A stretch of DNA of 63,880 nt, counting the filler, from Folioceros fuciformis (lineage: Eukaryota): assembly GCA_049999805.1 (NCBI GenBank). It is 9 parts of 9 records of this genome, joined end to end, with 100 filler letters (N's around TTAATTAATTAA, not from the genome) between each part and the next. Parts side by side here need not be neighbours in the genome. Positions count along the whole stretch, not along the records: positions 7,577 to 20,624 come from JBNGIO010002649.1; positions 20,725 to 39,916 come from JBNGIO010002650.1; 7 more parts are not named here. One strand, given 5' to 3'. The notes under the pieces are model-generated. The model was not told the origin of the DNA, did not search any database, and worked only from the letters and a program-made list of their open reading frames with translations. This document shows positions 11,428-24,406 of the stretch, piece by piece (position 1 is the first letter of the stretch; each line of letters opens with the position of its first letter). Made by a program: the position numbers and the translations under genes.

Positions 11428-14400
11428 ATGGCTATGGCAGGTTCGTCTGGGCCGCCGCGGCCATTCTTCTTCTTGTTTTCCTTGTTGCTGCTTCTCCTGC
11501 GTCCGCTGGCATCTGCGTCCGCTTCCCTTTGCACCGCTCCGCGTCCGGTAACGAACCTGCCGGAATCACCTCCTGCGTTGATCCGAGGATGAAAGTTGCT
11601 GCCATGTTTGCATTGGCGTGATGTTGCTGGCGTGTTTTGATGGAGCTCGAGCGATTTATTTTTTGAGAGTCGGTTTGCTGTTTTTTTGGAGTGCGTTTAG
11701 CGTTTGCAGAGGGGATGTGTTGTGTCTACTGTCCCTACCAAGCGTGGATGTAATTGAGGGTTGAACAGATCCAAGCGGCAGCAAATGTAGATCGATCTCC
11801 GCAGAATTGTTCGTTCCTGCATCCAGTACCCATTTCCACCCAGTTCGCACTGAGTTCAGATTCCACCGCAGGAGGACTATTCCCACCGTGGAGAATCTGC
11901 TAAGAAATGGTATCTGGAGAGGACAAAGCGTCGAACGCTTGGGAATTGGGGGTTAAGGAGCTGGTCAAACCTCAACAAAATCAAGCTGGCCCCCTCCGCA
12001 ATCGGGGGAGACTCGTCTGCGGAGGAGGTCAGCTACAGCTGATTTTAATGATCTCTTGGAGGCAAAGTGCTGAATCGTGCCCAAGATTTTGGACGTGACG
12101 TCCCTCCTTGAGTTGCAGTTTGTTCAATGGTCTCACAGAAGAACAGGAGGAGACAATGGCGCACCTCGGAAGTTCTTTCTCCGTTCAATCGAGAGTCCTT
12201 GGTGCCCTCCTGGAGGACTACGAAAGGACAGCTGTTGTCACTTGGGCTGTTTCGCTGCGGAAGACATGGAGAAGGAAGAGACAATCGCGGAGTTTCCCGT
12301 CCGTCATGGCTTTAATTCCTTGGGAGCAAGTAATCAGTGGGTGCTTTTCTTTCCGCGTTGTCTGATACCATCGTTGCGATGCAGCTGGCATCCTGTATCT
12401 CTGACGTCCTGGAAGTCGAGGACCCTAGTTCACTCGTGGAAACACCGTGGGAAATACGGCTCGCGACAAAGCTGCTGCGCGAACGGTATTGTAATGTCCC
12501 AGAGTTGCCGCCCAACATTCCTTACCTCCCTGTTTGATTGTTGCAAGACGCACATCTGGCTCGTAAACGTGCATGCAGTGCTAGAGAATCATCTCAATGG
12601 GCTCCATTTATCAAGTTATTGCCAAGCTATCTCCCTCTCCCTTTGTTTTTCTCATCTCTGGTACGGGATTCTGGCAGACCTGAAACTTAGCGTAGAAGTA
12701 GCCAGTCTAATGTTCTGCCATGGTTTTGACTTTCTACGGAACAAATGCTGCCAGGAGTTGAACAACATCGAAGATCCATATGTAATTGAGGAGGTGCATG
12801 CGATGAGAAAGTTTGCGCAGTCTGCATACCAAGTGTTGGATGAAGATGACATACCAGGGGTGAAGTTTAATGAATTTGGTATGCTGTGTGCGTATTTCTC
12901 TCTTAAGGTGTAGTCTTTAAAGAGTTTTTGGAATACTCTGTCACGGTAGCGTGTGTGCTGCGTGTTGTTACTAGTTCTTGGTTGACGACGCTTGCATCAA
13001 CTACTGTGTTGAAGTCCCCATTTCCATGTGTTCCAGTGTGGGCACTCTCTGTTGTCTACAGCCTGGCATGCAAGGTGGAAACAGCTCATAGACCTGTGCA
13101 TCTTATCCTACCATTTCTTAGCTCCCCTGGTGGTGAAGCTCAAGGTGTCGTCTGCAGTGTCTTTCGATTCTTCATTGATTACTCCTTATGTTGAAGACTT
13201 GTGCGATCATCCAAACACTCAACCGCCTCTCCTTCATATCTATGCAGTCATTCCTGATTATGTTTTTGGCAAGGTCCTTCTCAGGACAAATGGAGGAGTA
13301 GAGGAAGGAATGCTCCTATCCCTGAGCAACTCCATGAGATCCACAGCGGCCGAGCTAGTCTTCCGAGGTGTGCTTCTCTGGTGATGTAGATTGTGACAAA
13401 GGCATCTCTCCGTTGGAAGCTGTGTTTGGTTGTCTGAACATTGGGCTTCTGGCAGGGTCTGTACCAAAAGACAACCCACACAATGAAATATGTATTTTTC
13501 AGGACTTGAAGGTAACGTCTGTAAGCCCTTGCTTTCTGCCGGGGAGCCATCTGTTTGCTTCTTCTCCATGCAAGTTTCTCTCTGTCCTTCACTTTTGCAG
13601 GAACTGGTGGATTGGTACGTTGAAAGCGATGACAGCCTGAACAGCAATAAGCACTTGACCCTCACAGTAGTTCAAGATGTGATTGGGGCAATGAAATCAG
13701 AGTTTCAGGTGAACATGACGCGAACTGTGCCAATGCATGGCTTTGCCTTCAGAGCAGATGGCGCTGTCAATCCTCATATGCTATGTACATTCGCAGCTTT
13801 ATCTTTTGCCAAAAATATAATCGATCTTTCAAGTGAGAGCCAGGTTGGCTTTGATGGGGTGGCAATTGGTGACTTAGCTGTCAGAGAAGGCATAGAATGG
13901 AACTCAAGACTTCAGGAGTTGACAAAAGCGTGTGTAGCTCTCAGTACCAGCATACCTCAAGGCTGCCACCGCCTTCCATCACAGGATAGACATGTACAAG
14001 ATGCTCTTCTGTTTGCCATGGGAGCTATTCGCGGTCGTCTTCAATTTTTGCTGCACTCCTACCCAACCAGCCTGGGAGAGGACTATCTCATGCTTGCAGC
14101 AGCGTCATGGGAAGGTTATGCAGGGATCGGAACATCTCAAGCTTGTCCAACGTGCAGATGGCAGATTGAGCGGCTTGGTCAAAATGACTACCTGGCAGTG
14201 AACTTTCGGACTACCAAAAAGCTTCTGTTGCAGCAGATGATTTCCCAGCTTTCCTGCGGCTCAAGGGTTTCTGAGGACACTGAGCTTTTATCTCTTTTCG
14301 ATGGCGTTGAGACACAAAGCCAAAATGTTCAAGAGGTACGCAGAAAGTCTTGAGATACTGTCCAGTTGTGCTGCTCTGTCATACTAACAAGTTCTTCGAT

Positions 14401-16684
14401 CAAGATTAATGTACATCCAGGGGTCTGGACCGAGCTGAAAGGGAATTTATTAGTCTCTTCCATTTTGAACAGTTCTTGAGCTGGTGTGAAGAACAGAATT
14501 TTACAATATCGGGAAAGCTGGCCATTGTGGACATCAATGTGGAGGGAAAGCGAGAGGGAATTACTGATGAAAACAGGAGAGTGCGAGGAGTTGTTGCTGT
14601 TGAGGATATCTCACATGGTGACACATTATCGTCTTTACCTGTGAGCCATCATTTTATTTGCTTTGCCGGATAGGCAGAGTGAGCTAAGATGTCTGGTTAG
14701 GGGCGCTGCTTCAATACAGAACAGCTGCCTCTGACGTCTCTGCTGAGTCTCGTTATCGCGGATAGCTCTCAATCTCTCTCATGTGGCAGCTGAACATGGG
14801 GCTCTATGACAAGGAGTCAATGCATTTGTTGGATGGTTGGGATCGGGCGGCAGCTCGACTACTTCAAGAAAGGTCGTCTTCCAGTGACCCGTAACCGTTT
14901 TAAGGGCTGGTGACTTTATGAGTGCTCGAACCGGGTGTTAACTGTGGTTGCCATGTGCTTCAGGGCTCTAGGCGAGTCCTCAAGATGGGCTCCTTACATC
15001 AGAGCTCTACCATCAAGAGTGCCGACACCGATCAACTTGAAATCAAATGTAGCAATTGCGTATGCTTGAATTAGAGTGTTATGAGATCTCTTCATTGTTC
15101 TCACGACACGACCTGGTGTGCTTTTCATGTTTCAGGAACTAGATGAAGTGCAATGGTGGCCACTCTTACGAGAACTTGTGCAGGTTCGTAAGTCGATCAA
15201 GGAGAGCTATGCTCTGCTCGACGATGAAGTAACTGCATGGTCGACTTTCGAGGAGTTTCGTAAGCAATTTTGACGTACTTGTTACTCTCAGTTCAGTAAC
15301 CGGTGGCAGTTTCTATCGGCTACTGAAGCGTCCCCATGTAATGCACTGTTGTTGTAGGGTGGGCTGCAACAATTGTTCACAGTCGTGCGTTCACACTCCC
15401 CGTCACTGATGATGAGGAGTATGCCCCCTACGTGCTAATGCCATTCATGGACATGATCAACCATCATTATCACTACCAGGTCCGGGTCTTGAATTTGTTC
15501 CAAGACGTGCCACCGCAACGTAAAACATCAAACTGAGGCTAATTTGAGAGGTTTGCAGGCGGACTGGTCGTCTGAACCGGCTTGGCATGGTAAGCTCGAT
15601 ATAGTTGCCAGACGACCTTTGAGAAAGGGAGAGCAGCTTTTTGCGTCGTTTGGACCAAGATCAAATGACAATCTGTTTCTCTACTACGGTAACTGATACT
15701 CGTGTTTGCACCACGTCGTTCACGCGGTAGAGGAAATGATTAGTCAGTACATCCTCTGGGTTTTTGCTTTTCCAGGCTTTGTGCTTGAAGATAATCCTTG
15801 GGACACGGCTCAAATTTTCCCATCTTTTGAGGTTGGTACAACGTGACATCAGACAAGATGAGAAGAGGCCAGCTCGGTCCTTGAGAAGAGGCCAGCTCGG
15901 TCCTTGGTAGTTAGAGGCTGGTCGGTCTGCTCCTTGAGGGTCTGAAAAGGGAAAGCACTGCCGTGTCTTGCAGGAGAGCGTAAGATGGTTTTTGCAGCTT
16001 TGGAGTACTAGTTGCGGACAAGCGCTCAAGAGCCAACCCGCATCGACGACATGCAGTGGGCAACAATGGCATACAATCTGGTCAAAAGTGAGTCAAACTG
16101 TGGGTAAAATCGGTGACGGTTCTTCAGGACAGAGCAAGGAATGGGTGCACCTTATCAATCATTGGGCGGATTTTGGATTCCAATTTCTGCCATACAGTCC
16201 GTCTCCATCGATCTACACCAGGGGTGTTACAGATCCCAGTCTCCTGGGTGCACTCACAGCTGTGGCGGAGGCCACCTTTACTCCGACGGTTGTTGAGGAT
16301 TACCCCTTGGGAAATATTTCGACGGCCTTGAGAACCTTCTTCAGCTGCCTCAGGGAGAACAAGCGTGTGCGGAGTGTAGCGGAATGGAAACGTTGCACAG
16401 TCCAGTTAGTTCCAGTGTTTTCATCATGTGACCCTACTCAAAGGTTCAAGCTCATCGCAGAGACATCAATCGCTGCTCGGTGTTTTCAGGTACTCCAGTC
16501 CATGCCCACGACGATAGAGGAAGATGAACGACTATTGGAGGGAGAATGTGCGTCGGGCTTGGATTGTGAGAGCTCACATGCCAAACTACTTCAACTGACA
16601 ACGAGGTATAGATACATGAAGAAACTGCTCCTGCAGGGGAACATCAACAAGCTGCTTGGTGTCTCGCGAGGCAACCTGGTATAG
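11428..16684 (+). CDS. Multi-exon LSMT/SETD3-like protein with predicted signal peptide and two tandem SET + Rubisco-substrate-binding modules
   Basis: Exon 1 (11428-11547, MAMAGSSGPPRPFFFLFSLLLLLLRPLASASAS...) can splice in frame to 11872-12027 and then 12119. Module 1: FVQW...AAEDMEKEETIAEFP, LATKLLRER, SQWAPFIKLLP, WALSVVYS, YPTSLGEDY, RTTKKLLL. Module 2 from 14473: FLSW...RGVVAVEDI, SRWAPYIRALP, HSRAF, PFMDMINH, GEQLFASFGPRSNDNLFLYYGF, MPTTIEEDE, YRYMKKLLL. Some exon boundaries are inferred. Confidence 0.8.
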
Positions 16685-17222
16685 CTGAAGCTGAAGTCTC
16701 TGGGATGGCAGGCTTCTTTCTTTGGATGCTAACAACCAACCACCGTTGTCAGTGGAACTAGTTTTTATTTCGTGAGCGAGATCAAACCAATTCAACTCAT
16801 TCTGCGACATTGCAGTATTGTTTTTGCGTAGAATGGGACATCATTCAATACAGACGAAGAACCTTGTAAGATGTCGCAAACCAGAGTCAGAGCGAAGACA
16901 AGGCACAGCCTGAAGCAGAAGCAGAAGCGCGAACCGAGACAGGCACAGCCTGACGCAAAAGCGAGCGCCAAGACAGGCTCAGCCTGACGCAGAAGAGATC
17001 AAACAGGAAGAGAAAGAACCTAAGGCGGTGCAGACACCTGCACCCCGTACTCCGACATTGCAGTAATGCAGTGTAGAGATAATCAGTCCCCTCTTTACAA
17101 AGCAGCTCGGCAGAGTGTTCATTATGAAAGTGCAAGTTCCGGCTAAGGACCATCTCAAGAACGAGGACTCTCACGCAACCCGCTGAGAGCACTCCTGTAC
17201 AAAATCCTACGTGATAAGCAAG

Positions 17223-19167
17223 CTATCCAGAGGGTGGTTCCGTGCCATCGTGGAGAGCACAACAGACTGTTGCCTTGAGATGACCGTGATAGGTCCGTAT
17301 AGCCTCCCCTGTTTGTATCTCCCACAGCCTGGCCGTTGCGTCAGATGACGCTGATGACAAAACAGCAAAGAAAAAATAAGTCAAGACTGCTAGAGAATTG
17401 ACCTTTGCAAAATTGGTCGATTGGAGTCTCCTTTCAGGACGACGTAGATACGTACCTGTGACAAGGAAAGCGCCATCGACCGAGAACACACAATCCCAGA
17501 CCCACCTTTGATGACCTGCAAATAGAGCTAGATAAAGGATCAGACCGTTGAGAAATTGTGCAAGCCGTTGCCTACGCGCTCATGGAAAAGCCCCAAACCA
17601 GACAAATTACCTTCTAGGGTGCGCTCGAGTTTGAACCCTTCAACATTCCAAATCTTCACGGTCTTGTCAGAAGATGTTGTAGCTAGGTAGCTACGGATGA
17701 AACCAGCCAGTTTGGTTAGTGGTGATCATCAACACTGACGGATTCACCGCTAAATCTCGAAATGCAGGTAGGAAGGCACACCGGTTTGACTCGCAGTACT
17801 CCGGTGACAGGAGACACTTCAGAATGTAGGAGTTGTGCGCCTGGAGCTTCTGTAGCGGCTCAAAATGAGTCATCATCTACAGGGGAGCCGTGCAACTTTT
17901 GTCATTCACTTTAGTCAGGGTGTATTCTGGAAGACAGAAAGATGCAGTGGTAGATGACGAAAACCAGGCTACTTGCTCACCTGATTGCCACGCAGAAGGC
18001 TCCATACATAGCATACACCACTGTTATTAGCTGCAACAACCAAGCTGCCATCCCACATCACTGTTAAGGACCTGACAGCAGTGTCCACCTCTGGTACCTG
18101 GTAGACACAGACCGTTGGTCACATTAACCCAGCCAGCAAACAAGATTGTTGAATGCCAATGAACTCAGAGAAGGGATCCCCTCTAAACCCACCAACTCGA
18201 AGCTGCAAGAGTTGGCTGTAAGATCCCAAACTCTAATATTCCCATTTTGATCTCCAGAAATCAACTCTTGCTGCAGAAACGACATCTATCGGATTATTCA
18301 AAAAGATAATACATCCAAAGAAACGTAAGAGCAGTGCGCGCCATCGCCAAGGTGATGCTAGAATGGAAAATGCTGGGAAGACGTGTCTTAAGACTCATGG
18401 ATATTGTACCTGATTAGGGTGAAGCACAACCGTATTAACAGCCGCTCGGCTCTCGTACTCTCTTTGACATCCTGGGGCACTGAAGATATCCCACAGGAGT
18501 CCTATAAGGGATTGACAGACAAGGCGAAAACACCACCTATCCAACCAACCAGTACAAACAGATCAACCGAAACAACAATGCGACTCAAGGTACCGGAGAT
18601 CCCAGATTTTGACGGTGCCATCCTCTGACCCGGAGTACATCCATTTCCCATCGCACTGGAACCCCACAGCTGTAACGTTGTTGGAGTGCTCGTAGGTTAA
18701 GACCTAAAGAGCAGTTTTCCAGGGCGGCAGAAAAACGTAAACGAGAGACCAGCTGGGATACCAACATTGTGTACCAATTGCAAATGCGCAGTTCAGCTCA
18801 TGGGAGACCACCGGTATATCCCGCAGCTACAAACAGCCTAAGGAAGCAATCATACTGGACGGAAATTCGCTAACTCACCGGAGGAAGCAAATTCGAGTTC
18901 ACCTCGTATAGGCGAATGTGTGGGTTGCCAGCAGCTGCTAGAAACTGCTTGTTAGGCGTGATTTCAAGCTTGTTCACTTGCTGCATGCAGAAAAACCGCT
19001 TTGCAAGCGTGAGCGCAAGCTCAAGATCGAGCACGTCCTGCAGCAGTGAGAACACGTACAGAGTCGGGGTATTGCAGGGTTTTGTAGTTGCGCCCGCTGG
19101 TGGCCTCCCAAAACCGAATGGTGTGGTCATAACCAGCTGTGGCCAGCACCACAGAAGGTTGCGGCAT
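17223..19167 (-). CDS. LST8: Target of rapamycin complex subunit LST8 (WD40), multi-exon
   Basis: Exons translate as [117 protein letters not shown]. These match the plant LST8 sequence as I recall it. Confidence 0.95.
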
Positions 19168-20089
19168 CTCCTCCTTACCGTCCTGTCTGCCTCATTCCAT
19201 AGGCAAGTCCCCGCTGCAGCAATGAGCTTGTCTTCAAGCACGGACAGGAGGCTTCATTGAAAATTTGAGCCAAGAGTTCCAGTTTGAGATGAGTGACCAC
19301 AGGACATCTGACAGTCAGACGAACTTGCCCGTCGAGCCTGTTGCGGCGTCATCGGTAGGTTTAACAAATGGAGAAACATGTTGACTGCCACACCTCATGT
19401 TTTCCATTCCACGTGCGAATTCCAGGCGTTGGAATCCGGTACTGTATTATCTTATGGGCAGGACTTATGATGAGTGTGCAAACATGATGACTTATTTGAT
19501 ATTTATCTTTTATCAAGATAACATTTGACTCTGCTTAATACAGATTATTATCTATCAAATAAAATCAAAGCACGTGCAATTATTAAAAAAACTAATCTCA
19601 AAAAACATTTCTCATGAATCAAGCTAAGAAATACTAAGGTCTTATGTGTAAAGGATGCTAACTTGCCTAGCCTAAGTTGGAAAAAGTGAAGCCTTCAATC
19701 TTAATTAATACCTAGAGAGTTTCGTAGGACTTTGTATTACAAAAAGTAAAACTATAAATATATTCATAAAGTAATGGCACAAGTGAAATAAGGTGAAAAT
19801 TAATAGTAGAAAGGTGAAAGCTAAATCTAGAGTTATCTTGATGAAGAAGCAAGTATGCTTTTTGCTGCCTTTGGAAACAAGATGTGTGCTCCAGGCAAAA
19901 CCTCCTAAGAAGGATGGAGTTGTAATGACCACTAGTATTCTGAGCTGAGTGGTGTGTATCATTCCCAACTTTAGCAGTGGCTTAGCTGTGGAGTATAAAT
20001 AGGCCAGTGTTAAGGTCTTGAGGACTTACACTAATACACGGAGAGAGAGAGAGGCAGATAGTGAGAAGTCTAGCCTTGAGACATAGTTG

Positions 20090-20624
20090 TTGAGACATAA
20101 TTTCCTCTGGAGTCGACATTGGGTATCTGTCCATAAACGTCACTTCATTAAGCGGCTTGTAATCACCGCACATTCTCTTTTCTGTCTAATTGCCATGCAC
20201 ATCTTTCTTTGGCGAAAGTACCGTAGCTGCTGCATACTCTGACTCCGAAGCCCTTATCAATCCAACTTCCAACAATTCTTAACACTTCTTATCCACAATC
20301 TCATTCTCTAGTTTACTCAAACAATATGGCCTTCTAAAAACCAGATCATAAGTTTTAAACTGAACCTTAAACTTAAACATCTTGTGCTTGCCCAATTCCT
20401 TATTGGAAGAAGCAAATACCTACCTGCTACTTCGCATTTGTATCAAAACCCATCGCTCTCTCTCTCCATGGGAGACGGTGCATCCCACACATTCCTCTTC
20501 GTATCAAATATCATCCCAGGTCCATCCCCCTTAAATGCATTGGCACCTTTAAAACTAACAAACGTTGGTAACACCCTCCTAAGCTCACCCTTTTTATTTA
20601 CATAATAAAAGGGTTGTCCATCAT
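20090..20624 (-). mobile_element. Ty3/gypsy reverse transcriptase fragment
   Basis: Reads ...KKDVHGN*TEKRMCGDYKPLNEVTFMDRYPMSTPEEI, the gypsy KKD-RMCxDYRxLN-DxYPxP motif, with stops. Confidence 0.75.
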
Positions 20625-20724
20625 NNNNNNNNNNNNNNNNNNNNNNNNNNNNNNNNNNNNNNNNNNNNTTAATTAATTAANNNNNNNNNNNNNNNNNNNN
20701 NNNNNNNNNNNNNNNNNNNNNNNN

Positions 20725-22032
20725 CCAAGAAAGGTTATAGCTGAAATGTTGAGTTGCGCCAGAGTTAAGATAAAGACTCTCATCCTTCTTTGATGAGTTG
20801 GCATGATCCGCATTGATAAAGCACATAAATGTGTGTTCTTGTTGAGTCTTATCACTGACTTGATTAGCTTGAGATGATTTCTCCTTCTTCAAGTCTACCA
20901 ACCTGGTTTTACATTCCTTTGCATGATGACCTGGCTTCTTGCAATAATAGCAGGATCCTTTCACCTTATTGTTTGTGCTTGTATCCTTCGTCTTGTCTGT
21001 AGATTTGGGTTGCGTGCCCTTATGGTGGGGTGCACTCTTCTTAGAGAAGAATAATGAGGCTTTGACCCCTTGTGCCTGGGAAGCATTATGGAGTTCCTCT
21101 TGCAAGAGGAATGCAACCACCTCGTCGAATGTTGGTTCATAAGCTTTGAGTTCATAGCTATAGATGACCTAAGCTTTGAGTTCATAGCTATAGATGACCT
21201 GTAGGATACCAGAAAGTGTTTGTACAATTGTGGCAGGCTATACAACAGCGTTGTGATCATCTTGCCTTCTGAGGGTTCAATGTTTGCCTCTCTCATTTTG
21301 TTTACTAAGCTTTCTAGCTTGTTGACATGGTCTTGAATACTGTCACCTTCAACCATCTTGAATGAGGAGAGTTTACATTTGAGCAACATATTATTTGCCA
21401 AGCTCTTGCGTTCATAGGTGTCATACAATGTTTCCGATGCTTCACGCGAAGTCTGACAGTTACTCATTTTAGGGAATATGCTATCTGCTAGGTATAAGAT
21501 TATATTGGCCAAAGCCCTATCGTTGTTTCCATATCCTTTGGTGTATGATTTGCTGGAAGTCCATCTTGAACATACTTCCACAATCCTTTGCCAATAATAA
21601 GAGCCTTAAACTTCATCTTCCATGATGTGAAGTTCTTGCTATCAAACTTCTCTACAAGACACGTAGTATCCATGCTCGCGTTATAAGCGAATAAATAGGA
21701 TAACTTCCTCGCACCAATAACTATCACTAAGCTTCACACTTGCACAAGCAAACACCTAGTCTGCGAAGCCACACTATGCAGGAGAAGCAAGGAAAGATAG
21801 TTCTACACAAGGTCATGTCGAGTATTCTACGCATCTACTGAACTTATGTACTTGGGCTCTAATACCATGCTAAAAACAATGAGTCCCGAGATCAATCTCT
21901 GGTTTAGTACATTCAGATTGATAGCATATACATACATATATAGCCTTCAAGCATGACAATACCCTCGTTGTGGATAAACTTACAGCATTCTAGTCTAGAT
22001 GTGTTGCTACAAAACCCTATGGATTTCTAACA
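20725..22032 (-). mobile_element. 5' end of a Ty1/copia element: 165-bp 5' LTR (21868-22032), PBS, degenerate gag/protease
   Basis: On the minus strand the LTR reads TGTTAGAAA...TTTTTAGCA, followed directly by PBS TGGTATTAGAGC (21856-21867, one mismatch to tRNA-iMet). Gag motifs NFTSWKMKF, LLYSLP, CYYCKKPGHHAKEC, LYLNSGATQH. Confidence 0.9.
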
Positions 22033-23033
22033 CAAAGAGCAATCGGATCTCTCATGTCAACGATGTGAGGATGCTTGCTGACATGACCCCGTCAACGCAC
22101 TTTCGATGTCAAGTGCCCTTTACCTTGAAGAATTTGGGTCCGAGTCCACACTTATACCCAAATTCTATGAAACATGCTGCCCAACTCTAGGTAATGCCAG
22201 GGATATGCCTAACACTGGGAGAGAAGGGAGGGTGGTTGAGGAGCACGGACATCGCAGTGCTGCAGGTGACCCAATTGCAAGGACCACATGAGGATGTGGT
22301 TTCGGTTTCGGTTTCGGGCGGCACCCGGAACGGAGTATGTGGGAAGTGTGGTGGGGAGCATTTCCGTGAGCGATTGGCAAGGGGCTGGGTTCCGGGTTAG
22401 TGTCAAGCATCAGGCCACGATCGGTGCATGAAGTTCTGCAAAAGAACCATCACAGATAGTTTCCGACAAGTTGTCACTTATATCTCCTGACTTCTGCTCC
22501 TGGAAAGGCTGGAATGCGTCTCATCATTTACAGCAGCACTAGCTCCTACCATTCAACACAACTACCCAAAACATATCGCCTTTCGGTGCTTTACCTTTCC
22601 CGGTACGCACCATCTACTTGCAGGCGAGAAATTTTGTTGCCTCACACTTTCTGTATCGTGACTCCCTCGTCAGTTCAGAGAGGCACCGCCGATACATGAA
22701 CACTGCGAATGATCTGTCGTGCAAGACTATTCCGTGACGGGATTGTTCAGTCATGAAATATCTCATACTTCTATTGAAAAAATACAAAACTCCTTTGATG
22801 GAGATAACACATCTGTCTTCACACCGCCTACCAACGCTTTGGCGCGGTAGATACCACAAACACCTTAGGATGAAGGGAAGCTTCTAAATTACTGATAGCC
22901 AAATGCATGTCACAGCTTGTGTATATATCTTTTATGCAAATCCAGAGAATGCACACACTTCTCTTCGAGAAGAATTTAACTCCAGATACCTTATTAGATG
23001 GAGCAACATGATCTCCTGAAATTTGAGAGTTGT

Positions 23034-24406
23034 TCAGCGCCGGCAGACGAGCCCAGATCCTCCAGAGCAGGTAGTTTGAGGGAAATCAAACAGAACCTCA
23101 TTGGTTCTCTGGCCCCGGAAAGCGGCAACCTTGCAGTCGGCCGCCATAAGAGACGAGGAGGCGAAGTCCGCCTCCCCGCCCATGACCAGTGAGTTCTGTC
23201 CGGCCTTCTTCTCCTGATGCTTGAAACCGGGTGCGTAGGTCTGACCAAGAACACCGGCCACGGTGGGTGTGAGGGCCTTGAACTGGAAGTTCGCCTCGAG
23301 GTGGGCAAAGCAATTGTCGGCTGTGATGCCATATTGGTGCTTGAGATTTTCTTCCTCTGTCACCGGCACCACAACCACCGTGAGTGAGAACTGATTCTCC
23401 ACCTCCACTTGCACGGCATTCCGGTCCTCGGTCCTGGTAATAGTCACTCCGGCGTAGGGGTAAGCCCAGACCGAATCCTGACTTTCGGCCAAGACGACGG
23501 GGCTGGAGTCGAAGGCCATCACCAAGTTGTCAACAGACTCATCGAAGGTCGCGACCTACATTGCCGGACGCCTTCGGTCAGGAATTCCATTTAGAAGTAC
23601 GCGTGAATGTACAAGAACTTGATCGCAGCGGAGACACGTGTACATGAGAGCTAGGAAAGGGACGCGGGCAACGATGCACAGATAATGGAAAACGAGCACG
23701 AAAGATCATGTAGAAGAAGGCAAGACCCGGGGGAGCACAAGCCAGACAGTATAGGCAGACAGCCCCAGAGAAGGGCAATGAAACAGAAGAAAGCGAGGAC
23801 AGAGCAGTGGACGACGGACACATGCGGAAGTAACAACAGGACAATGGCGGACGTAAGCGGAGACAGGCAACCAAAAGAAGCGAGCAGTTGCATCTTTCAC
23901 CTTCTTGGCGCCAACGTACAACTGGTGATCCCCGAACAGAATCCCCAGAGACTGCACCCAGGTGAAGTCACGGGACATGTGGGCGGCCCGGCGTCCGATG
24001 AAGTGTGCGTTAACATGGAGGTTGGAGTCGGCAACGATGCAGAAGTCGGCATCCTTCCGACCGTGGAAGTAGAACTGCTGCCCGTCGTTGCCTACAAACA
24101 CGGGGTCGTCCTTCACGCATCCCGGGTGCCATTTCTTGCACGGATAAGGGTGGCGATGCCCATGCTTGGGATACCCGTTGCCTGAACAATGAGCAACCGC
24201 AAGTCCGTGAACAGTCACATTGTGCTCCACCGGGCAAGCATACAGTCCGAGGCGGCCTCGGCGGGAAGTCCTCGACCGCAGACCCGCCACACCTCATGCA
24301 TCTCAGGGCCAAGCACAATCCACTCGGACGAACACTCGTACTCACCGTCAACGGTCGAAGCCGCGAGGACCAGGAGGGCCACAGCGAGGGGGAGGGTCAC
24401 GGCCAT
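23034..24406 (-). CDS. Secreted Root_cap-family protein, copy 1 (exons 24346-24406, 23901-24181, 23034-23555; 287 aa)
   Basis: Signal peptide MAVTLPLAVALLVLAASTVDG; DDPVFVGNDGQQFYFHG...SRDFTWVQSLGILFG; DNCFAHLEANFQF...GVLGQTY; C-terminal GLVCRR. GT-AG introns with consistent phases. Confidence 0.9.

Noticed and set aside
12359-12370. TCTGATACCA PBS-like sequence in the SET gene
   Set aside because: Lies in an intron with no adjacent LTR; a chance match. The same applies to the GGTATCAGAGC inside the kinase exon at ~62729.
16887-17192. ORF between convergent SET and LST8 genes
   Set aside because: Low-complexity 3' UTR sequence.
21140-21200. 30-bp duplication (SSIAMNSKL twice)
   Set aside because: Simple slippage duplication inside a dead gag.
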